From an uncultured Dorea sp. (GTDB lineage Bacteria > Bacillota > Clostridia > Lachnospirales > Lachnospiraceae), in assembly GCA_900550865.1 (NCBI GenBank), contig URTM01000014.1, positions 1,400-65,399 on the forward strand: a stretch of 64,000 nucleotides of DNA, read 5' to 3'. Under the pieces are notes generated by a model, which saw only the letters and a program-made list of their open reading frames with translations, was not told where the DNA came from and did not search any database. Position numbers and translations under genes: made by a program. Position 1 is the first letter of the stretch. The number at the start of each line of letters is the position of its first letter. Shown here piece after piece: positions 11,408 to 19,897 of the stretch.

Positions 11408-12718
11408 CTATTCAAAAATTTTCTGTCCGTCAACTTCCGTAGTCAAAGCTTCCAGAGCTTTTTCTACGATTCCACGGCGTAATTTCTTTTCTTCTTCCTG
11501 ATCCAGTGCCGGATTACCGAGTGGATGTGGAATAGCGATCGCCGGTACGATTCTATTTGCACCAACTGTCATAGAAATCGGAGTAACTGTACAGATATGT
11601 ACAACAGGAATTCCTGCTCTTTCGATTTCTTTTACCATCGTTGCACCGCAACGAGTACAGGTACCTCAGGTGGAGGTCAGGATAACGGCATCTACTCCGT
11701 CAGCCTTTAATTTCTGTGAATACTCTGCTGCAAATGCTTTTGCGGATGCTACAGATGTTCCATTTCCTACAGTTGTATAGAACAGATGATGTAATTCCCC
11801 GATCACACCCTCTTTTTCCATATCACGAAGTACATCGACAGGAAGTACACGGTCAGGATCTGCATTTGCATATACCGGATCGTATCCTCCGTGTGCAGTC
11901 TCATAAGTTTCCTCTGTAAGATCCATAACACCTGCAATATCATATTCTCCATAATGTGAAGCACTTGAGCTTTCAATATGGTCCGGATTTCCCTTTGGAA
12001 CGATACCACCGGATGTGACCAGTGCAATCTTTGCATGTGCGAGATCTTTTACTGCCGGATTTGGCTCTACCCTGTCAAAGTCAGGCATCGGATACTCTGT
12101 CACATATGGTTTATCATTTAGTTTCTTGATCAGCATCTTAACGGCACGTTTAGATCCTCTTTCTTTTTCGAAGAAGTTTACACGTACACCATTTGGGATA
12201 TATCCTTCTTCTGCAGATGAACCGATTTTTTCTCCTTTTGCCAGTTTCACTGCCAACGGAGCAAGTTTCTTCACTGCATCCCTCATACCTGCCGCACTGT
12301 TCTTTGTTGAGATCATGTAGACATCATTCTTGAACATATCTGCTCCAGGGTTTTCTACATACATACCTGTAACTGCAGGAATTCCAAGTTCCTCCTGAAC
12401 AGCTGCCGCAATTGTACCGCAAGCCACACCATAACGTCCTGCATTGAATGCCGGTCCTGCAATAAATACATCCGGTGCCTGCTCTTTTACCATTGCAAGA
12501 ATATCTGCTTTTGCTTTTTCAAGGTTCTCATTGAAGTAAGAATCTCCGCAAATAACTGTTGCAATAATCTCTGCTTCATCTTTAAAATTCTGTGTCAGTG
12601 CCAGACCAGGTCCTACAACTTCCCCAACACGAATTTCTGCAGGATAGTCTGCTTTTTCCTCTCCACCAATCTGTGCAAAGAACTGGTTGATATAATGAAC
12701 TACTTTTATCTTAGACAT
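11408..12718 (-). CDS. grdB: Glycine reductase selenoprotein B (436 aa, Sec351)
   Basis: The 350-aa and 76-aa ORFs join in frame through TGA at 11666-11668: LTST-U-GTCTRCGATMVKEIER (UxxCxxC). Confidence 0.95.
11638..11654 (-). promoter_or_regulatory. Bacterial SECIS hairpin of grdB
   Basis: TCGTTGC-GGT-GCAACGA; loop G lies about 18 nt after the UGA. Confidence 0.75.
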
Positions 12719-12736
12719 ATTCTTATCCTCCCTCTT

Positions 12737-14017
12737 CTATCTTGCACTCAGTTTATTGAAACCTGTCTCATTTGTTGCACCTGTGATTACCTGAAGTTCT
12801 ACTTCCAGAGATCCGTCCTCACGCAGTGTCTCTTCACTTGCTCCGGCAATCTTTGTCACATAATCCAAAGTTCCAATTACTTTATCAAGTTTTGGCAGGA
12901 TAACAACTTCATTTGCATTACCACCTGTTACAACCGCATCTGCTGCCACATCTGCGTCCGCAAGAGACTGTGATTTTCCATCACGTCCGGCATACTCATC
13001 TGTAATAATTACAGTCTTGATGCCTTCTGCTTCGATCTTCTTACAGTTCATAATAAGGTCTGTATCCGGATTACCAAATCCTTCCTGTGATACGATAACG
13101 CCATCCAGATCTAACATCTTACACAGTTTTGCTGTCCAGTCAGAAGATCTTTCTTTATCTGCAAGGTATACATTTTCATTTGTAATGATCTGACATACGA
13201 AGTTCAGTGTCTTTCCATGTTCTTCAAACAGATCATGGACAACCGGATTATTCTCATGTACATAAGTAGGATTCTTATCACATGCGGATACACAGTTACC
13301 GGAAACGATGGCCCCGTCCATGATCTCTGTAGGGCTTAAGATTGTAGGAAGTGTCTTCTTTGCATCCACTCCGTATACATAAGTGTCATGTAAGAGTCCC
13401 TGGCTTTGAAGCATCTGGACATATGCAACTCTCGGAAGATCCGGATACTGTGTGATTCCTTCTTTGATTCCGCATGTCTCATATACTTTTATCTCATCCG
13501 GTGTAAGCTCACGCGCTAATTCCCCAATGTAAGCTGCTACTCGGAATCCGGCAAACCGGACTGCTTTTTCATATTCATGCTGCTTGATACCTTCTACAGG
13601 TTCACATACCATAACTAGATTCAACGTCTTTGAAAATGGTGTGTAATCTGCTCCAGGTCCTGTCATGTCAATGATACCTTCCTGGAATCCAACGATTCTT
13701 CCCGCTGTTACGACAGCCATACCTTTTAATGCGTATGTCTTTCCTGATCCAACGGTATCCACCTTTGAAATAATTCCCGGAAATACACCACCTTTTCCTT
13801 CTACCTTTACTCTCGGCTCGATTACATCTTTTACCGGTGTGATTCTTACAGATTCTCCCGGTCTTGCAATATCAAATGTAGCTTCCTGAATATGCTCATC
13901 TTCTAATGCAATGGCTTTCACTGCTCCTTTATCTACATACAGGATTCCATCTTCAATCTTTGATGTATCCGCAAACTGGATATCCTTAATGTAAATATTC
14001 CCCATTTCTAATCTCAC
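12737..14017 (-). CDS. grdE: Glycine reductase component B alpha/beta proprotein
   Basis: GTG start; GN-C242-VSACDK autocleavage (pyruvoyl) site; QEGFGNPDTD. Confidence 0.93.
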   Translation of the reverse strand: MRLEMGNIYIKDIQFADTSKIEDGILYVDKGAVKAIALEDEHIQEATFDIARPGESVRITPVKDVIEPRVKVEGKGGVFPGIISKVDTVGSGKTYALKGMAVVTAGRIVGFQEGIIDMTGPGADYTPFSKTLNLVMVCEPVEGIKQHEYEKAVRFAGFRVAAYIGELARELTPDEIKVYETCGIKEGITQYPDLPRVAYVQMLQSQGLLHDTYVYGVDAKKTLPTILSPTEIMDGAIVSGNCVSACDKNPTYVHENNPVVHDLFEEHGKTLNFVCQIITNENVYLADKERSSDWTAKLCKMLDLDGVIVSQEGFGNPDTDLIMNCKKIEAEGIKTVIITDEYAGRDGKSQSLADADVAADAVVTGGNANEVVILPKLDKVIGTLDYVTKIAGASEETLREDGSLEVELQVITGATNETGFNKLSAR

Positions 14018-14089
14018 GATCTTTTCCTCCTTTTTTCATCTTCTTTTATAAAACGCTGCCCGTTTTACAACCTCTTTTATCACTGTCTT

Positions 14090-14470
14090 CTACCAGACAT
14101 CCGCAGACGCCAGTCCGCTCTCTAATAAAGTCCAGTCAACCAATTGAAAATCCTTATAAACTTCTTCTTTGTAATACTTACTTTTATCTTGAAATTTCTG
14201 ACATACCAGAATCGCATTTTCAATCAATCTGACAGATTCCCCATCCACCTTCTCCTTTCTCTCAGATATCAGCACAGATTTATACGGTGTTTCCTTTGGT
14301 TTTACACTTCCTGATAATGGATGTGTCAATAATCTGTGACCTTCGTAAATTCTGTCCCTTACTACCTTCAGAAGTTCTTCATAAGAGAGTTCCAGATAGA
14401 TTACCTCATGTGTATCATCCAGCCTGGATCGTACAAGCGGATTATTTGTGATCACCATATACTTACTCAT
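14090..14470 (-). CDS. grdX: GrdX family protein
   Basis: ITNNP, LLTHPLSGSVKP-ETPYKS; first gene of the operon. Confidence 0.92.
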   Translation of the reverse strand: MSKYMVITNNPLVRSRLDDTHEVIYLELSYEELLKVVRDRIYEGHRLLTHPLSGSVKPKETPYKSVLISERKEKVDGESVRLIENAILVCQKFQDKSKYYKEEVYKDFQLVDWTLLESGLASADVW

Positions 14471-14510
14471 TCATGTCCATCCTCTCTTATGTTATTTCAA
14501 CCAGCCTTAG

Positions 14511-14735
14511 AAAATAAAAAGGACGTCCCACGCCAATTACTGCGTTCAAACGTCCTTTTCTGTCTTTCGTCCTGTTAAATCTAATTCCTCTTACAGTACA
14601 AGATTCAGAATGTAGTCCCTTTCTCCGTCCTTTTGCCTGAAAGTTTCGTCCGGTTTTTCCCCATTTTTTCGATACCGGTTTGCCTCTTCGGCGGCTGCCC
14701 TGGCAGCTCTCTCTTGAGAAATATCATCCCACTCT
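14511..14735 (-). ncRNA. Glycine riboswitch (single aptamer plus ghost aptamer) with intrinsic terminator
   Basis: Minus strand GGATGA...AAGAGAGA...CGCCGAAGAGGCAA...AAACTTTCAGGCAAAAGGACGGAGAAA, a degenerate second unit ending CAGGACGAAAGACAGAA, then an AAAAGGACGT...ACGTCCTTTTT terminator. Confidence 0.9.
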
Positions 14736-14936
14736 TCTTTTCAGTTATAGAAAATTTTTATATCATTTATTTTCTTCCTCTATATTACATCATTGTTACT
14801 TATATTGCAATACTTTATCTTTTTTTATCTTTTTTTAGTTGTTTTGAACAATTATGTAATCTGCTTTTTGTATATTTTTCTATTTTCCCTCCGTTTTTCG
14901 TTTTCACTTATTCATTATTCACAAAGTCTTTTTTCT

Positions 14937-16310
14937 TTATTTTACTTTTTTATTTTTTAAGAAATTATGATAGTAATCGTCATGCAATTCTTTCATCTGG
15001 CTGCTCAGGAAGAACAATGCAAGAATATTAGGAATTACCATCAATGAATTGAAACAGTCTGCCATATTCCATACCAAATCAACCTGTGCAAGTGAACCTA
15101 ACAATACACAGAGCGAAACCAGAACCGCATACGGCTTTACTGCATTTTTTCCAAATAAATATTTCACATTGGCCTGCCCAAAGAAATACCATCCGATAAT
15201 CGTCGAAAATGCGAAAAAGAACATACAGATTGCAATAAATACATTACCGAATTTTCCGAATACACTCGAAAATGCATACTGGCTGAGCGCTGTACCTGTA
15301 AGCCCTGTCGGAATCGACTGTGTTGTAATAATCACCAGTGCCGTCAGATTCAGAATTACAAAGGTATCAATGAATACACCGATCATTGCTACAAATCCCT
15401 GCTCTACCGGATGTTCTACTTTCGCTACCGCATGTGCGTGAGGCGTCGATCCCATACCTGCTTCATTCGAGAACAGTCCTCTTGCCACACCTTTTGTGAG
15501 TGCAAGCTTTACCGTTGCTCCCACTGCTCCGCCACTGACTGCAGACGGTTTAAAAGCACCTACAACGATAGAATAAAATGCATATGGGATTTCTTTAAAG
15601 TTTGCAAAGATTACAATCAGTGATCCGATAATATAAAAACATGCCATGATTGGAACAATCGTCTCTGTAACTTTTGCAATTCTGGAAATTCCTCCGACAA
15701 ATACAAACAATGCGATAACCGCTATAATGATCCCCACCACTATCTGTGGTATACCAAATGCAGTATGAAATGCTGACGCTATCGAGTTGGACTGTACCGC
15801 ATTTCCCATAAATCCCAGTGCAAAAATGATCAGAACAGAAAAGACAGCTGCCAGGATTTTTCCAAAAGTACCTTTGAAAGCCGCCTGGATATAATAAACC
15901 GGTCCGCCTGTTACATGCCCGTCTTTTCCTACATGCTTATATTTCTGAGCCATAATAGCTTCTCCGAAAATGGTCGCCATTCCAAGAAATGCCGCAATCC
16001 ACATCCAGAAAATCGCTCCCGGTCCGCCTATTGCCAATGCTGTTGCCGCTCCTGCAATATTCCCCGTTCCTACCTGTGCTGCAATAGCCGTTGCAAGTGC
16101 CTGAAATGATGACATACCGTCTTTTCCCGCCGTTCCTTTTTTCGAAAACAGTCCGCCAAACGTTCTTTTCCACCCGGCCTTAAATCCCCGTATCTGGATA
16201 AATCCGAGCCGGATCGTAAATATAACACCTCCTCCTAACAGCAGAATGATCAAAATATAATCTGCCAGATAATGCTGAATCAGTAATACGATATTATTCA
16301 GTTTATCCAA
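14937..16310 (-). CDS. Alanine/glycine:cation symporter (AGCS family), probable glycine uptake
   Basis: TTG start; AQVGTGNIAG, GGPGAIFWMW, RGLFSNEAGMGS. Confidence 0.9.
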   Translation of the reverse strand: MDKLNNIVLLIQHYLADYILIILLLGGGVIFTIRLGFIQIRGFKAGWKRTFGGLFSKKGTAGKDGMSSFQALATAIAAQVGTGNIAGAATALAIGGPGAIFWMWIAAFLGMATIFGEAIMAQKYKHVGKDGHVTGGPVYYIQAAFKGTFGKILAAVFSVLIIFALGFMGNAVQSNSIASAFHTAFGIPQIVVGIIIAVIALFVFVGGISRIAKVTETIVPIMACFYIIGSLIVIFANFKEIPYAFYSIVVGAFKPSAVSGGAVGATVKLALTKGVARGLFSNEAGMGSTPHAHAVAKVEHPVEQGFVAMIGVFIDTFVILNLTALVIITTQSIPTGLTGTALSQYAFSSVFGKFGNVFIAICMFFFAFSTIIGWYFFGQANVKYLFGKNAVKPYAVLVSLCVLLGSLAQVDLVWNMADCFNSLMVIPNILALFFLSSQMKELHDDYYHNFLKNKKVK

Positions 16311-16461
16311 AGTCTTTCCTCCTTACTTATAGATTTTATGAATGATGAATTAAGTGTTTTCTATAAATATACTCTTTCATTTATTTTAAATCAATATTTT
16401 ATTTTATATTTTATTTTTTTGTACATTATGCACAAATCAATTTCTACATACCTGCATATAT

Positions 16462-16525
16462 AAAAAAAGACCGTGAAACCGCCATGCATGCACTTTGGCA
16501 TACATAGCCGATTCCACGGTCTCTT
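16462..16525 (-). terminator. Terminator after glyQS
   Basis: AGACCGTG...CACGGTCT stem followed by a T run on the minus strand. Confidence 0.6.
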
Positions 16526-16557
16526 GTTTTATCTCTTATGCTTCAATTTTCTGATTC

Positions 16558-17958
16558 TTACCACTCGAATTTCTTCTCAAAGTAAGCATCCAGATCTTCA
16601 ATCTTGATTCTTTCCTGTTCCATGGTATCTCTGTCACGGACAGTTACTGCTCCGTCTTCTTCAGAATCGAAATCGTATGTTACACAGAATGGTGTTCCGA
16701 TCTCGTCCTGACGACGGTAACGTTTTCCGATATTTCCACGGTCATCATATTCGCAGTTGTATTTTTTGCTTAACTGTGCAAATACTTTCTCTGCACCTTC
16801 ATTCAGCTTCTTAGAAAGCGGAAGCACACCGATCTTAACCGGTGCCAGTGCCGGATGGAAGTGAAGAACCGTACGTGTATCAGGCTTCTCCTCTGTTCCG
16901 ATCTCTTCTTCATCATAAGCACTGCAAAGGAATGCAAGTACCATACGGTCTGCACCGAGTGACGGCTCGATAACGTATGGGATGTATTTTTCCTTTGTCT
17001 CATCATCAAAGTATGTCAGATCCTGTCCGGATACATTCTGATGCTGTGTTAAGTCGTAATCTGTACGGTCAGCGATTCCCCACAGTTCTCCCCATCCGAA
17101 TGGGAATAAGAACTCAACGTCTGTTGTTGCTTTACTGTAGAAAGAAAGCTCTTCTTTATCATGATCACGGTAACGTACTTCATCATCTTTCAGTCCTAAT
17201 GCAGACAGCCAGTTCAGACAGAACTTCTTCCAATAATCAAACCATTCAAGGTCTGTGTCCGGTTTGCAGAAGAATTCCAGTTCCATCTGTTCGAACTCTC
17301 TGGTACGGAATGTAAAGTTACCAGGTGTGATCTCGTTACGGAATGATTTACCGATCTGTCCGATACCAAATGGCAGTTTCTTTCTGGATGTACGCTGTAC
17401 ATTCTTGAAGTTTACGAAAATTCCCTGTGCAGTCTCCGGACGGAGATATACCGTATTCTTCGCATCCTCTGTTACTCCCTGGAATGTCTTGAACATCAGG
17501 TTGAACTGACGGATATCTGTAAAGTCATGCTTTCCACATGTCGGACATGGAATCTGATTCTCATCGATAAAGTTCTTCATCTGCTCCTGTGTCCATGCAT
17601 CTACCGCACCATCCAGTTCAATGTTATTCTCTGCACAATAATCTTCGATGACTTTATCCGCACGGAAACGTTCGTGACACTGTTTACAATCCATCAGAGG
17701 ATCACTGAATCCTCCGAGATGTCCACTTGCGATCCATGTCTGTGGGTTCATAAGGATCGCACAGTCCACACCTACATTGAACGGAGATTCCTGAATGAAT
17801 TTCTTCCACCATGCTTTTTTTACATTGTTTTTCAATTCTACTCCGAGATTACCATAATCCCATGTATTCGCAAGCCCGCCATAGATCTCAGATCCCGGAT
17901 ATACAAATCCTCTTGCTTTCGCCAATGAAACGATCTTATCCATAGTCTTTTCTGCCAT
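16558..17958 (-). CDS. glyQS: Glycine--tRNA ligase (alpha2 homodimeric type)
   Basis: [40 protein letters not shown]. Confidence 0.96.
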   Translation of the reverse strand: MAEKTMDKIVSLAKARGFVYPGSEIYGGLANTWDYGNLGVELKNNVKKAWWKKFIQESPFNVGVDCAILMNPQTWIASGHLGGFSDPLMDCKQCHERFRADKVIEDYCAENNIELDGAVDAWTQEQMKNFIDENQIPCPTCGKHDFTDIRQFNLMFKTFQGVTEDAKNTVYLRPETAQGIFVNFKNVQRTSRKKLPFGIGQIGKSFRNEITPGNFTFRTREFEQMELEFFCKPDTDLEWFDYWKKFCLNWLSALGLKDDEVRYRDHDKEELSFYSKATTDVEFLFPFGWGELWGIADRTDYDLTQHQNVSGQDLTYFDDETKEKYIPYVIEPSLGADRMVLAFLCSAYDEEEIGTEEKPDTRTVLHFHPALAPVKIGVLPLSKKLNEGAEKVFAQLSKKYNCEYDDRGNIGKRYRRQDEIGTPFCVTYDFDSEEDGAVTVRDRDTMEQERIKIEDLDAYFEKKFEW

Positions 17959-18032
17959 TTTTTCATCCTCACCTTCTCAAAATATTCGTAATTGAATTTA
18001 ATTATAGCGTCTGCCCTCTTTGTTTTCAAGCC

Positions 18033-18779
18033 TTATCGTACAATTGTTTCCAATATCTCCAATGATTTGAAGCGTTTTCCCAGATATTCATCCAGATACG
18101 CTTTCGTCAGGTTCTTTAGTTCTCCAAGCACATCTTCTTTTACAACGAAAGTATATAATTTCTCAACCGGGGAACATACGATGTACTGCAATGTATATAA
18201 TGTCGACGGAAGCAGCCGGATTCCATCGGAAATATGGCCGGCACACTGCGTGCATATCACGCCGCCTCTCCGTATACTAAATACTTTTTCCCGCTCCTTA
18301 TCCCCGCACATGATACATTCCATCACCTGCGGACCTTCCCCGTTCACGGTAATGGTCTTCAATTCGTAAATGCACCGTATCAGTTCATTCGGGATATGTA
18401 TGTTCGTCAGTGCCCGGAGCGTCTGATACAGAAGCTTCAGCATCTCGGTCTCATCGTTCGCTTCTCTTGCATAATACCCGGCCAGATCCATAAAATAGAA
18501 TCCGTAATAGGCACCTTCTACATCCGTACGCAATTCCTGGAAATAATTGGAAACAGAGGCCGACACCAGCGTATAAGATGTCCGCCCCTCATATACAGTA
18601 AACTCTCCAAATGAAAAAGGGCTCGTCACTCCCATCAGTGCACTGTTCGGTCTTCTTGCGCCACGTGCGAATGCCGAGATTTTCCCTCTTTCTCTGGTCA
18701 GTATTACCACTCGTCTGTCATATTCACCTATTGGTGCTGCTGTCAGTATCATGCCAGTCAGTGTAATCTGATTTACCAA
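18033..18779 (-). CDS. recO: DNA repair protein RecO
   Basis: TTG start; GEYDR, GKISAFARGARR, CxxC/CxxC zinc finger; era-recO-gly synteny. Confidence 0.93.
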   Translation of the reverse strand: MVNQITLTGMILTAAPIGEYDRRVVILTRERGKISAFARGARRPNSALMGVTSPFSFGEFTVYEGRTSYTLVSASVSNYFQELRTDVEGAYYGFYFMDLAGYYAREANDETEMLKLLYQTLRALTNIHIPNELIRCIYELKTITVNGEGPQVMECIMCGDKEREKVFSIRRGGVICTQCAGHISDGIRLLPSTLYTLQYIVCSPVEKLYTFVVKEDVLGELKNLTKAYLDEYLGKRFKSLEILETIVR

Positions 18780-18894
18780 TTGTATCTCCTTCTTTGTATC
18801 TGTTTATCGTCTCCTCACAGATACTCATACCTTTATAATACAGATAATCTTCTATCTTACCTGATGCGACGAATCTGTCCCAGTACTCTTCCAT
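18724..18894 (-). CDS. yqzL: YqzL-like small protein (56 aa)
   Basis: Manual translation MEEYWDRFVASGKIEDYLYYKG...; GAGGTG RBS; lies between era and recO as yqzL does in Firmicutes. Confidence 0.7.
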   Translation of the reverse strand: MEEYWDRFVASGKIEDYLYYKGMSICEETINRYKEGDTIGKSDYTDWHDTDSSTNR

Positions 18895-18967
18895 ATGATC
18901 ACCTCATCCTTTGCCAGGGCATATTTTTTAATGCTCTAAGATTAGGTTCTCCCATGGGCACTGCTTT

Positions 18968-19864
18968 TTATTCATCTTCGCGGTATCCAAAATTTTTCAT
19001 CAAAAATTCACTGTCTCTCCAGTCTTTCTTTACTTTGACCCAGAGCTTGAGATTGACCTGCTGATTCAGCATTTTCTCGATCTCATAACGTGCAGTACTT
19101 CCGATCTTTTTCAACATACTTCCTTTTTTACCAATAATTATCCCCTTGTGTGAATCGCGCTCACAGATAATGGTTGCATCGATGTGCATCACTTTATTTC
19201 TGACTTTCATACTGTCAATGGCAACTGCGATACCGTGCGGAATCTCTTCCTGCAGGCAGTGCAGTGCTTTTTCACGGATCAGTTCGGCCACAATCTGACG
19301 CTCCGGCTGATCTGTAATGGTATCTTCATCATAGAACTGTGGTCCGTACGGAAGGTATTTCATGATCACTTTTACAAGCTCATCGGTATTGTCACCGTTT
19401 CTCGCAGATACCGGAACGATTTCTGCAAAGTCATAGACATCTTTGTACGCAGCGATGGCCGGAAGAACATCTTCCTTCTTTACACTGTCTATCTTATTGA
19501 TGACCAGTACAACCGGTGTCGTTACTTTCTTAAGCTGGCTGATGATATGCTGTTCACCTGCACCGATAAATGTTGTCGGCTCTACCAGCCAGAGCACCAC
19601 GTCAACTTCATTCAATGTACGTTCTGCCACATTGACCATATACTCCCCAAGCTTGTTCTTTGCTTTATGGATTCCCGGTGTATCCACGAACACAATCTGA
19701 CCGTCATCTGTTGTAAGTATGGTCTGGATACGGTTACGTGTCGTCTGTGGTTTATTCGATGTAATCGCGATCTTCTGTCCAATCAGCTGGTTCATCAGAG
19801 TTGATTTTCCAACGTTTGGACGGCCGATCAATGTTACAAATCCTGATTTATAATCCTTTTTCAT
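18968..19864 (-). CDS. era: GTPase Era
   Basis: GRPNVGKST, PQTTR, DTPG, NKID; KH-domain IIIGKKG. Confidence 0.97.
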   Translation of the reverse strand: MKKDYKSGFVTLIGRPNVGKSTLMNQLIGQKIAITSNKPQTTRNRIQTILTTDDGQIVFVDTPGIHKAKNKLGEYMVNVAERTLNEVDVVLWLVEPTTFIGAGEQHIISQLKKVTTPVVLVINKIDSVKKEDVLPAIAAYKDVYDFAEIVPVSARNGDNTDELVKVIMKYLPYGPQFYDEDTITDQPERQIVAELIREKALHCLQEEIPHGIAVAIDSMKVRNKVMHIDATIICERDSHKGIIIGKKGSMLKKIGSTARYEIEKMLNQQVNLKLWVKVKKDWRDSEFLMKNFGYREDE

Positions 19865-19897
19865 ATTTTCTCCTGTTCTTTTTACTATTGAAGGCGC

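Noticed and set aside
9501..12718. grdA and grdB as nonsense-mutated pseudogenes
   Set aside because: Both in-frame TGAs fall at the conserved Sec positions and have downstream hairpins.
17959..18032. T-box upstream of glyQS
   Set aside because: The gap is only about 75 nt with no T-box consensus; the gene is probably co-transcribed with recO or uses a local promoter.
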